Origin: Pseudodesulfovibrio piezophilus C1TLV30
GTDB taxonomy: Bacteria > Desulfobacterota > Desulfovibrionia > Desulfovibrionales > Desulfovibrionaceae
Direction: 5' to 3'
DNA length: 32,000 bases
NCBI RefSeq assembly: GCF_000341895.1
Contig: NC_020409.1
Coordinates: forward strand, 1,500,001 to 1,532,000
Under the pieces are notes generated by a model, which was given only the letters and a program-made list of their open reading frames with translations, did not search any database and was not told the DNA's origin. Positions 1-8,487 of this stretch are shown here, piece after piece. Within the stretch, counting starts at the first letter, position 1; each line of letters opens with the position of its first letter. A program made the translations under genes and the position numbers.

Positions 1-491
1 TGGATACTATTTCCATGCTGAAAAAAGGCCAGGGAATGCTCATCGGCAACTCCTCGGCCTTTTCTTTTTTGGTTCATGCCGAAACCGAATCCAACCCCTA
101 TGTGGCGGCACGCCCGTTTCGGGTCAACGCCGGGGCAGTCCACGCTTACGCGCAGATGCCGGGTGACAAGACCACATATCTCGAAGAACTCGCGGCAGGG
201 ACTGATGTTCTCATTGTCGGCGCAGATGGAGCCACCTCATTGGCTACAGTTGGCCGTGTCAAGGTCGAAGTTCGCCCCATGCTGCTGATCAAGGCGGAAG
301 TCAAAACCGAAAACGGTATCAAGGAAGGCCAGGTCTTTTTGCAAAACGCCGAAACAATTCGGGTTGTCAGCGACAAGGGTGCCCCTGTCTCTGTAGTCAC
401 TCTTTCCGTTGGTGACAAAATCATGGTCAAGACTGACGAAGCCGGTCGTCACTTCGGTATGCGGATCAAGGAAGAAATCGTCGAGGGATAA
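1..491 (+). CDS. 3-dehydroquinate synthase II (archaeal-type), 5'-truncated at window edge
   Basis: The frame is open from nt 3 to TAA 489-491. The translation contains SNPYVAARPFRVNAGAVHAY, which I recognise as the conserved core of the type II DHQ synthase family. It is first in an aro/trp gene string. Confidence 0.75.
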   Translation, partial: DTISMLKKGQGMLIGNSSAFSFLVHAETESNPYVAARPFRVNAGAVHAYAQMPGDKTTYLEELAAGTDVLIVGADGATSLATVGRVKVEVRPMLLIKAEVKTENGIKEGQVFLQNAETIRVVSDKGAPVSVVTLSVGDKIMVKTDEAGRHFGMRIKEEIVEG

Positions 492-502
492 ATCTCTCAT
501 GG

Positions 503-531
503 TCCCGGTCCCTGAACCCCAGGGACCGGGA
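503..531 (+). promoter_or_regulatory. Perfect 12-bp stem / 5-nt loop hairpin in the DHQS-II/pheA spacer
   Basis: TCCCGGTCCCTG-aaccc-CAGGGACCGGGA read directly. A T6 run lies about 16 nt downstream, so it is not a canonical terminator. Confidence 0.45.
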
Positions 532-615
532 AACTCTCACAAACACTTTTTTGCAGTGCTTTCATCAAAAAATCTGACGCTGAAATCAGAACAGGAAAGC
601 GGACTGGAGAAACTC

Positions 616-1716
616 ATGGGCGACATGGATAAGAGCGATATCCCGGATTTGACAGACCTCAGAGTCAAAATTGACAGCCTGGATAAACAGATCGTGGACC
701 TTCTCAACCAACGAGCCAGGGTAAGCCTCGGCGTGGGCCGTTACAAAGCCGCCCACAATGAGCCTATCTACAAGCCGTTTCGGGAACAGGAGGTCATGGA
801 CAAAATTGCAGACTCAAGCCCTGGCCCGCTTCCCGATAAGCACCTCCGTACCATTTATCGGGAAATCATGTCTTCATCCCGTCATTTGCAACGCCCGGAA
901 CGAGTCGTTTACCTCGGCCCCGAAGGAACCTTTTCCTATTTTGCCGCCATTGAGCACATGGGCAGTTCCGCAGCCCTGACCCCCAAAGGGGACTTCGAAG
1001 AAATATTTCGTGCTGTTGCGGAGGAGGGAGCCGAACTTGGCGTCATCCCGCTGGAAAATTCCATTGAAGGCACTGTCGGACAAGTCGTCGACCTGTTCAT
1101 GAAATACAAAGTCTCTATCCAGGCCGAGGTTTTCAGTCGCATCAGCCACTGCCTGATGTCCAATGCCGACCGCATAGAGGATGTGGAAGTGGTTTACTCC
1201 CATCCGCAACCTCTGGGTCAATGCAGGGACTGGCTCCGCACGCACCTGCGTGATGTGCCGACTATTCCCATGGAATCCTCGGCAGAAGCCGCAGAGGTGG
1301 TCGCGGGCAAAAAAGCCGCAGCCGTGGTGGGCCATGCCAAGCTCGCCGACATGCACGGCATGAATATCCTGGCGCAGTCCATTGAAGACCTGCCGGACAA
1401 CTGGACCCGGTTCCTTATTATCGGATCGTCGCCTTCCCAGGAAGACAAACGGGACAAAACGACCATCCTGTTCACCCTGCCGGACAAGGCAGGTGCCCTG
1501 GCACGCGTTCTGACAACCATGGCACACCAGAGCATCAATATCACCAAACTGGAATCACGCCCGTTTCGTGGAGAAAAATGGAAATATGTTTTCTTCGCTG
1601 ATCTCGAATGTGACCTTGGCGCAGAACGATACGAAGACGTTCTCGAAGATATCCGACAACAGTGCCACACACTTCGTGTGCTTGGAACCTACCCCACCCA
1701 GGAGGAAAGACAATGA
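616..1716 (+). CDS. pheA: Bifunctional chorismate mutase / prephenate dehydratase (P-protein)
   Basis: The N-terminal chorismate mutase helix is LRVKIDSLDKQIVDLLNQRA. The PDT core is YLGPEGTFSY ... IPLENSIEGTV and the C-terminal ACT region has LESRP. Start ATG 616 has GGAGA 5 nt upstream. The longer ORF from 409 would overlap the previous gene and read through the 503-531 hairpin. Confidence 0.9.
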   Translation: MGDMDKSDIPDLTDLRVKIDSLDKQIVDLLNQRARVSLGVGRYKAAHNEPIYKPFREQEVMDKIADSSPGPLPDKHLRTIYREIMSSSRHLQRPERVVYLGPEGTFSYFAAIEHMGSSAALTPKGDFEEIFRAVAEEGAELGVIPLENSIEGTVGQVVDLFMKYKVSIQAEVFSRISHCLMSNADRIEDVEVVYSHPQPLGQCRDWLRTHLRDVPTIPMESSAEAAEVVAGKKAAAVVGHAKLADMHGMNILAQSIEDLPDNWTRFLIIGSSPSQEDKRDKTTILFTLPDKAGALARVLTTMAHQSINITKLESRPFRGEKWKYVFFADLECDLGAERYEDVLEDIRQQCHTLRVLGTYPTQEERQ

Positions 1717-3053
1717 CCCAGGAACCGATCGTCATCAATGCGCCGCCCAGCAAGTCTCTGTCACACCGCACCCTCATTGCGGCGGCCCTGGCCAAGGGCA
1801 CTTCCGAAATATCATCAATCCTCGTCTCCGATGATATTACACGCACGCGCAATTGTCTCACTGCCTGCGGGGCTGCCATCGAGGAAAAAAACGGCAACCT
1901 CATTGTGACCGGCATGGAAGACGGGCCCAAAGGAGGCAATGCCGACGGCAAGCACAAAGGGGAAAAGCCCCATGAACTTTTCATGCACGAATCCGGTACT
2001 ACCTGCCGTCTGATGACCGCCGTGGCCGCCGCCGGGCATGGGACTTTCCATGTCCACGGAGCACCCCGCATGCATGAACGTCCCATGGGAGAGCTGACCA
2101 CAGCCCTTGTGCGGTTGGGGACCAAATTTGACTATGAAGAGCAGGAAGGATTCCTCCCCTTCGTCATGAAATGCAAAGGGTACACGAAAAAAAATGTCGA
2201 TATAACACTTGAGGAAAGTAGCCAGTACCTCTCGGGCCTCCTCATGGGTGCTCCCATGGCAGACCACGACGTGACTATCACCATAACCGGAAACAAAGCC
2301 GTCTCTTGGCCTTATGTGGCCCTGACCCTGCGAATCATGGAAGATTTCAAGGTCAGCTTCACCGTTGAACAAAAACGTGAAGGGACATGGCAGGAAACCC
2401 CTTGGCGCTGCGTCAAGGGAATCACTCCTGGCACCATTCGATTCGTGGTTAAGCCCACAGGATATGACTGCTCTGATTATCGGGTCGAAGGCGATTGGTC
2501 CAATGCCAGCTATTTTCTCGCCGCAGGAGCTGTGGGGAAACGTCCAGTATTGATCAAAGGACTGGCTGCGGATTCGTTGCAGGGAGATCGTGCGATTCTG
2601 GATATCCTCAGCCAGATGGGAGCATCCATCAAAGTCAATTTTGATGGTATCCTGATAGAGCCGAGTTCCTTGCGCGGCATTCAGGTCGATATGGGACGTT
2701 GCCCGGATCTGGTCCCGACTGTGGCTGTGGCAGCCGCATACGCTTCTTCACCAACGACCATAGAAAACGTGGCCCACCTGCGGATCAAGGAAACCGATCG
2801 TCTCGCAGCCTGCGCCAAGGAAGTGGCTCGTACCGGAACCTCCACTGAAATACGTGAAGATTCTCTGATTATTCGCCCTGGAAGACTGCCCAAGGGGCAC
2901 ACCATCGACTTTACCACATACGGAGACCACCGCATGGCTATGTCCATGTCCATCTTCCAACTGGCGGGAATTGATGTATCACTTGACAATCCGACCTGTG
3001 TCGGCAAATCATTTCCCGGATTCTTCGATGAATGGAACAAGATCATCGGATAA
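1713..3053 (+). CDS. aroA: 3-phosphoshikimate 1-carboxyvinyltransferase (EPSP synthase)
   Basis: N-terminus is PPSKSLSHRTLIAAALA and the length is typical. The ATG overlaps the pheA stop (ATGA at 1713-1716), preceded by AGGAGGAA. Confidence 0.92.
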   Translation: MTQEPIVINAPPSKSLSHRTLIAAALAKGTSEISSILVSDDITRTRNCLTACGAAIEEKNGNLIVTGMEDGPKGGNADGKHKGEKPHELFMHESGTTCRLMTAVAAAGHGTFHVHGAPRMHERPMGELTTALVRLGTKFDYEEQEGFLPFVMKCKGYTKKNVDITLEESSQYLSGLLMGAPMADHDVTITITGNKAVSWPYVALTLRIMEDFKVSFTVEQKREGTWQETPWRCVKGITPGTIRFVVKPTGYDCSDYRVEGDWSNASYFLAAGAVGKRPVLIKGLAADSLQGDRAILDILSQMGASIKVNFDGILIEPSSLRGIQVDMGRCPDLVPTVAVAAAYASSPTTIENVAHLRIKETDRLAACAKEVARTGTSTEIREDSLIIRPGRLPKGHTIDFTTYGDHRMAMSMSIFQLAGIDVSLDNPTCVGKSFPGFFDEWNKIIG

Positions 3054-3087
3054 TGCACATTCCAATGAGAAGGCACTGGACACATCA

Positions 3088-3861
3088 ATGAATATCGTGG
3101 ATTGCAAAAAAATCGCCATAGTGGGCGAAAGCGGCCAGATGGGAAGCGTTTTCAGGAGCGCCTTCACCCGATTGGGCTGCGATGTCGTTCCGTTGAACCG
3201 CCCGTTTTCGGATGCGGAAATCCGCACGGCACTGGATGGATGCGACCTGCTTATCCTGAGTGTTCCAGTCACTGCCATGGCAGGAGTGCTGAAACAGGTC
3301 AAACCGTACCTGACCCCTCCCACCATTCTCTGTGATGTCGGATCGGTCAAGATCCTGCCCATCAAGTCCATGCTCGATGCATACGATGGCCCCATAGTCG
3401 GGACACACCCGCTCTTCGGCCCGGTGATTCCCCAGGGGTTCACTCCCAGAATCGCCGTTGTTCCGGGAAGAAAGAGTGACACCGATGCAGCCACAAGGGT
3501 CTCGGCCCTGATGGAATCATGCGGTTACTCCTGTTTCGATTCCACGGCTGAAGATCACGACCGCGCCATGGCATTTATCCAGGGGCTGAATTACACGTCC
3601 ACTGTCGCTTTTCTTGCTGCGGCCCGAGATGTGAACGGCATAGAAAATTTCATCACGCCATCCTTCAACCGCAGGCTTGACTCAGCCCGGAAGATGCTGA
3701 CCCAGGACACCGAGCTTTTTGAGATCATTTCTGAGGCAAATCCGTTTTTGCAGGAAGTGAACCGCTCATTCATGTCTTACCTCAGCCTTGCCGCTGGTGG
3801 AGATCTCGACCTTTTGGCCAACCGCGCACAGTGGTGGTGGCGTCACGAACAAACATATTAG
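3088..3861 (+). CDS. tyrA: Prephenate dehydrogenase
   Basis: A Rossmann motif KKIAIVGESGQMGS follows ATG 3088 directly, and HPLFGP is typical of PDH. The ORF ends QWWWRHEQTY-TAG (stop 3859-3861). An alternative upstream ATG at 3028 is less likely. Confidence 0.85.
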   Translation: MNIVDCKKIAIVGESGQMGSVFRSAFTRLGCDVVPLNRPFSDAEIRTALDGCDLLILSVPVTAMAGVLKQVKPYLTPPTILCDVGSVKILPIKSMLDAYDGPIVGTHPLFGPVIPQGFTPRIAVVPGRKSDTDAATRVSALMESCGYSCFDSTAEDHDRAMAFIQGLNYTSTVAFLAAARDVNGIENFITPSFNRRLDSARKMLTQDTELFEIISEANPFLQEVNRSFMSYLSLAAGGDLDLLANRAQWWWRHEQTY

Positions 3862-3941
3862 GGGTGCGGTCAAAAGCCGGACGCATTGATTACGACGTAA
3901 CCGAAGCCGCACCCATCCAAAGGGTGTGGCTTCATTTTTTT
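3832..3941 (+). promoter_or_regulatory. Candidate Trp-sensing transcription attenuator (WWW codons, antiterminator/terminator alternative)
   Basis: There are three TGG codons at 3832-3840. GGGTGCGG (3862-3869) is perfectly complementary to CCGCACCC (3907-3914). That segment is also part of the terminator left arm. See findings. Confidence 0.6.
3904..3941 (+). terminator. Rho-independent terminator between tyrA and trpE
   Basis: AAGCCGCACCC (3904-3914), 7-nt loop, GGGTGTGGCTT (3922-3932). The stem is 11 bp with one G:U, followed by CA and T7 (3935-3941). Confidence 0.7.
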
Positions 3942-4068
3942 AGGGAGAACAGTCATGAACGGAACGTGAAAGAAAGCGGAAAATCGGAAAAAAGTAAAAG
4001 GGTGGCAGGTCATACCTCGCCCCTACCATTAAAAAAGCATCAAACATATTTTTGCAAGGATACATTCA

Positions 4069-5526
4069 ATGGAAAAGATTTCACTGAAACAGCATGGGAA
4101 ATGGCTCCCTGCTGATGTGCAAACCACCATCAGTCTCTATATGGGATTGGTTGGCGATCAGCCTGGGATACTGCTCGAATCAGCAGAAGTTGACGGGCGC
4201 CTGGGACGGTACAGTCTTATTGCCTGGGATTATCGGCTGGTGCTTCACCCCGTGGATGGCAAACTTGTCGTTGAAACCACTGACGACCGCCTGGCTCCTC
4301 TCAAGAAACTGGAAGGAATGGAATACCTCTCCGGCGTCAAAAAAGCTATCGAGACCATCTCCATGGAGCAAACCGCCGAAGGGGGCAATAACCGGGATCG
4401 TCTTCCGGGACTCACCCGAGGGCTATACGGTTATTTCGGCTACGGCGTGGCAGGAATGTTCGAACGCAAACTCACGAAATTCTGCAAACCGGCCGATGCC
4501 GAGGCATGCCTCGTTCTCCCCGGCCAACTGGTTCTTTTTGATCACCTGCGCCACTCCTGCTGCTATCTGAGCCTTGATGAAGGGGCCACACCGACTCCTG
4601 CACCGGTCCAGTGGGGTGCGGACCTGACTGCACCCGAGGTCGGGGCACCCACTATCCATCCCGGCAAGGAAGAATACATGGCGGGCGTGGAACGATGCAA
4701 GGAACTCATCGCTGAAGGCGAATGCATTCAGGTGGTCCTTTCCACCCGCTTCACCGTGCCTGTGCCGGACGAACCATTCAAGATATACCGCCGCCTCAGG
4801 CAGGCCAACCCCTCGCCATTCATGTTCTACATGAAATTCCCGGACTGTGCGTCCAAAGGCACAAGTTGCGGAACCACCCTCCTCGGTTCATCCCCTGAAA
4901 TGATGGTCCGCAGTGTGGCAGGCGAACTGGAAGTCCGCCCCATTGCAGGAACTCGCTGGAGGGGGGAGACCGAAGAAGAGGACCGCCGTCTGGCAGAAGA
5001 ACTGCTCGCCGATCCCAAGGAATGCGCCGAGCACGTCATGCTCGTCGATCTGGGACGCAACGATCTTGGCCGCATCTCCAAGCCGGGAACGGTCTCGGTT
5101 GAGCAGTTCATGAACGTCGAACGTTTCTCACACGTGATGCACCTGACCTCCTATGTGGAGGGCACGCTCAAGGAGGAACTCAACGGAATTGACGTTCTTC
5201 AGGCAACCTTCCCGGCCGGAACCCTGTCAGGCGCTCCCAAAATCCGCGCCATGGAGATTATCGCCGAACTGGAACCGCAGGAACGCGGTCCTTACGGAGG
5301 CTGCATCGGATGGATGGGGCTGGATGACGGAGAGGTCAGTTTGGATACAGGTATCACTATCCGCTCCATGTGGATTCGTGATGGTCTGTGCCATTGGCAG
5401 GCTGGAGCCGGAATCGTGTATGATTCCAACGCCGAATCAGAGTGGAACGAGTGCCAAAACAAGGCGCGCGTGCTTTTGGAAGTCATTTCCGGCAAGGGAG
5501 GCACTGATGTTTTTGCTGATCGATAA
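4069..5526 (+). CDS. trpE: Anthranilate synthase component I
   Basis: LLESAE feedback-site motif near the N-terminus, and chorismate-binding core GTRWRGE ... LSGAPKIRAMEII ... RGPYGG. AAGGA lies 7 nt upstream of the ATG. Confidence 0.95.
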   Translation: MEKISLKQHGKWLPADVQTTISLYMGLVGDQPGILLESAEVDGRLGRYSLIAWDYRLVLHPVDGKLVVETTDDRLAPLKKLEGMEYLSGVKKAIETISMEQTAEGGNNRDRLPGLTRGLYGYFGYGVAGMFERKLTKFCKPADAEACLVLPGQLVLFDHLRHSCCYLSLDEGATPTPAPVQWGADLTAPEVGAPTIHPGKEEYMAGVERCKELIAEGECIQVVLSTRFTVPVPDEPFKIYRRLRQANPSPFMFYMKFPDCASKGTSCGTTLLGSSPEMMVRSVAGELEVRPIAGTRWRGETEEEDRRLAEELLADPKECAEHVMLVDLGRNDLGRISKPGTVSVEQFMNVERFSHVMHLTSYVEGTLKEELNGIDVLQATFPAGTLSGAPKIRAMEIIAELEPQERGPYGGCIGWMGLDDGEVSLDTGITIRSMWIRDGLCHWQAGAGIVYDSNAESEWNECQNKARVLLEVISGKGGTDVFADR

Positions 5527-6097
5527 TTTCGATTCCTTCACTTTCAATCTGGTGCAGGCATTCCAACAACTCGGGTCTGATCCGACTGTCGTTCGCAATG
5601 ACAGGGAAGAGCTGCTGGCTCTGGCAACCTCGGGCACACTCGAACGGGTCTGTCTCTCCCCTGGGCCGAGCAACCCAGCGAATGCAGGCTTCTGCCTGGA
5701 ATTTCTGGCTCGATTGCCCAAGGAAACCCCTGTCCTCGGCGTCTGCCTCGGGCACCAAACCCTGGGACATTTTGCGGGAGCACCGGTCAAAAGGGCAGAA
5801 AGGATCATGCATGGAAAGACATCCCGCGTATTTCATGAAGGGAAAAGTGTCTTTGCCGGAGTGGAATCCCCGTTCACCGTCTGCCGCTACCATTCACTGG
5901 TCGTTCCGGCAGAGGATGCAGCGGAGATGCTTGAAGTGACAGCCACCACTGAGCGGGGCGAAATCATGGGTATTCAATATAAAGACCGCCCCTGGCACGG
6001 CGTGCAGTTCCACCCGGAATCCATTCTGACGCCCCAAGGCCCTGCCCTGCTTCGCAACTTCTTGAACATGAAAGGATATGATCATGACAATTCCTGA
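5507..6097 (+). CDS. trpG: Anthranilate synthase component II (glutamine amidotransferase)
   Basis: MFLLIDNFDSFTFNLVQ start, catalytic GVCLGHQ, and HGVQFHPES. SD AAGGGAGG is at 5494-5501. It overlaps the trpE end by 20 nt. Confidence 0.93.
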   Translation: MFLLIDNFDSFTFNLVQAFQQLGSDPTVVRNDREELLALATSGTLERVCLSPGPSNPANAGFCLEFLARLPKETPVLGVCLGHQTLGHFAGAPVKRAERIMHGKTSRVFHEGKSVFAGVESPFTVCRYHSLVVPAEDAAEMLEVTATTERGEIMGIQYKDRPWHGVQFHPESILTPQGPALLRNFLNMKGYDHDNS

Positions 6098-7091
6098 AAT
6101 ACTTGAAATTCTTGCCACGCGACATTCCCTGACCGACGAACAGGCTGACTTCATGTTCACCGAGCTTATGGACGGCAACATGACCGAAGCACAGACAGGC
6201 GCTTTCCTTATGGGGCTGCGGGCCAAGGGAGAGGACTCCACAGACCTGGCCGCAGGAGTGCGCGCAGGCGTCGCCCATGCCAACAAGATTCCGGGCTTCG
6301 ATGGCTCCCGTAAGGAACCGGTTGTAGATACCTGTGGCACAGGCGGTGACGGACAATGCAGTTTCAACAACTCCACTGCCGTCTCCCTGTTTCTCGCTGA
6401 CATGGGCTTTACCGTCGCCAAACATGGTAACCGGGCCTTGTCCTCTTCCTGCGGATCTGCCGATGCTCTGGAAGCTCTCGGCATCCCACTGGACCTGTCT
6501 CCCGAGCAGGCAGCCAAAGGACTTGAGAAGCACCACTTCGCCTTCCTCTTCGCCCCAGCGTATCACCCCTCTTTCAAGTACGTCATGCCCGTGCGTCAGC
6601 AACTCGGCATCCGCACCCTTTTCAACTTCATGGGGCCGCTGCTCAACCCAGCCAGACCATCCCATCAGTTGCTCGGGGTAGGCGACCCGGACAAACTTCA
6701 CCTCATGGGTGAAACCTTACTCCTGACAGGAGTAAGACGCGCGCTGATATTCTCCGGCGCAGGCGGCTTTGACGAACTCACGACCTGGGGCATGAACCGA
6801 GGCTATATCGTCAACGACGGTGTCATGGAAAAAACTGTCCTTGACCCTGCCAAACTCGGCTTTGCCGCGTACGATCCAAAGGATGTCCGGGTAGAAGGAA
6901 AAGCCGATGCAGTCGCACGACTGCGTACTATTCTGGAAGGCAAAGGCCCCCAGGCCATGATGGACATGGTGGCCCTGAATCTGGCAGGGTGCCTGCATCT
7001 TCTGGACAAGGGCACTATGGCTGAATGCGCCGATATCGCCCGTGATGTCGTCAATCAAGGACTGCAAAAAGGAATTCCGTATGTTGGATAA
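6084..7091 (+). CDS. trpD: Anthranilate phosphoribosyltransferase
   Basis: Motifs DTCGTGGDG and KHGNRA. ATG 6084 has AAGGA 7 nt upstream. ATG 6078 in the same frame is the alternative start. Confidence 0.92.
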   Translation: MTIPEILEILATRHSLTDEQADFMFTELMDGNMTEAQTGAFLMGLRAKGEDSTDLAAGVRAGVAHANKIPGFDGSRKEPVVDTCGTGGDGQCSFNNSTAVSLFLADMGFTVAKHGNRALSSSCGSADALEALGIPLDLSPEQAAKGLEKHHFAFLFAPAYHPSFKYVMPVRQQLGIRTLFNFMGPLLNPARPSHQLLGVGDPDKLHLMGETLLLTGVRRALIFSGAGGFDELTTWGMNRGYIVNDGVMEKTVLDPAKLGFAAYDPKDVRVEGKADAVARLRTILEGKGPQAMMDMVALNLAGCLHLLDKGTMAECADIARDVVNQGLQKGIPYVG

Positions 7092-7851
7092 ATTCAGGGA
7101 AGCAAAGCAACTGGAAATCGACTCTCTCCGAAAAGACTTCATGGAGGGTCGCGTTCCTGCCGCCTATCAGGGTGAACGCCCATCATTTGTCGAGGCCATC
7201 AGGGCAAAAGGGCCGGGAGCGGTCATTGCCGAATTCAAGCCCGCCAGCCCGAGCAAGGGCATCCTGCGGGAGAACCTCAATCCTCTCGATTATGCAGATA
7301 TGTATGCCGATAACGGCGCAGCCGCCATCTCGGTGCTTACTGAGCACAAATACTTCAAGGGAACCCCGGATTTTCTGTTCATGATGAACCAGCCCGGTAT
7401 CCCCCTGTTACGCAAGGACTTCATTTTCGACCCGCTCCAGGTCGCCATGACGGCATCCAGCCCGGCTTCGGCCGTACTCCTCATTGCACGCATGTGTGAT
7501 AATGCGACCCACCTCAGCCAACTCATCGAGATCGCCCGGATGCCCGGTCTCGCTCCGGTCGTCGAAATATTTGACCAGGCAGACCTCGACATGGCCAGAG
7601 AAGCTGGAGCCGACATCATCCAGGTCAACAACAGAAATCTCGACACCCTTGAGATATCATTGGACCAGGCTCGCAACTTCATCGCCCAAAAGCGGGAAGA
7701 CGAACTTTGGATCTGCGCCAGCGGAATTTCCGAACGGAAACAGGTCACCGAAATGGCTCAGCTCGGATACGATGCCGTGCTTATCGGCACCTGCCTGATG
7801 GAAACAGATGATCCGGCCGCAAAATTGGCTGAACTGACGGGAGCGAAATAA
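7081..7851 (+). CDS. trpC: Indole-3-glycerol phosphate synthase
   Basis: Motifs IAEFKPASPSKG, SVLTE..YF.G and LLRKDFI. ATG 7081 is preceded by AAAGGAA and overlaps the trpD end by 11 nt. Confidence 0.92.
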   Translation: MLDKFREAKQLEIDSLRKDFMEGRVPAAYQGERPSFVEAIRAKGPGAVIAEFKPASPSKGILRENLNPLDYADMYADNGAAAISVLTEHKYFKGTPDFLFMMNQPGIPLLRKDFIFDPLQVAMTASSPASAVLLIARMCDNATHLSQLIEIARMPGLAPVVEIFDQADLDMAREAGADIIQVNNRNLDTLEISLDQARNFIAQKREDELWICASGISERKQVTEMAQLGYDAVLIGTCLMETDDPAAKLAELTGAK

Positions 7852-7852
7852 C

Positions 7853-8476
7853 ATGGCACGCCCTGTGGTCAAGGTGTGCGGCATGACCCGCATGCAGGAT
7901 GTCGAACTCTGTGTCGAACTCGGCGCGGATCTGCTCGGCTTCATCTTCCACCCCAAAAGTCCACGCAACGTCGACCCGGACTTTGTGGCCTCGGTCAAAA
8001 CCGGTGTCACTAAAGTGGGTGTCTTCGTGAACCAATCCGCCACCGAGATCAACGAGATCATGGAACGGTGCGGACTCCATGCCGCCCAATTGCACGGCGG
8101 ACAGGATGTGGACTTCTGCGAAAGCATCGGCCCGGATCGAGTTATCCGGGTCTTCTGGCCGAGTACGTACACCTCGACTCACGCACTGATACGTGACCTG
8201 GACAATTATGCCGAGGTCTGCGGACACTTCCTGCTCGACGCAGGGTCGACCGGACAGGGAGGAACAGGGCAAACCATTGATTTTAGCGTTCTCCAACATA
8301 TTGAAATACAGACACCTTGGTTCCTTGCAGGAGGTCTGAATCCCCAAAATCTGGATTCAGCTCTTGCTCTCAACCCTCCTGGACTGGACATCAATTCCGG
8401 AGTGGAGTCGGGACCAGGCATCAAAGACGAAACCAGACTGCGGGCCATTTTCGATCGCCTCGCACAACTGGATTAA
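7853..8476 (+). CDS. trpF: Phosphoribosylanthranilate isomerase
   Basis: The VKVCGMT start motif, the length, and its position between trpC and trpB. Confidence 0.9.
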   Translation: MARPVVKVCGMTRMQDVELCVELGADLLGFIFHPKSPRNVDPDFVASVKTGVTKVGVFVNQSATEINEIMERCGLHAAQLHGGQDVDFCESIGPDRVIRVFWPSTYTSTHALIRDLDNYAEVCGHFLLDAGSTGQGGTGQTIDFSVLQHIEIQTPWFLAGGLNPQNLDSALALNPPGLDINSGVESGPGIKDETRLRAIFDRLAQLD

Positions 8477-8487
8477 GGATATTGACC

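Noticed and set aside
409-615. An upstream extension of pheA (starts at 409 or 499).
   Set aside because: The 409 start overlaps the preceding gene by 83 nt. Both candidate starts read through the 12-bp hairpin. The chorismate mutase helix begins just after ATG 616, which has its own SD. The 499 start cannot be fully excluded.
3955-3969. A mini-ORF ATG-AAC-GGA-ACG-TGA (MNGT) with a GGGAGA SD lies right after the attenuator terminator.
   Set aside because: It is only four codons and has no Trp codons, so it could easily be chance. It is noted in case ribosome profiling shows occupancy.
3831-4115. A 94-aa ORF spans the tyrA-trpE intergenic region.
   Set aside because: It reads through the terminator T-tract and into trpE in another frame, with a Lys/Ser/Arg-rich low-complexity translation. 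The region is better explained as attenuator RNA.
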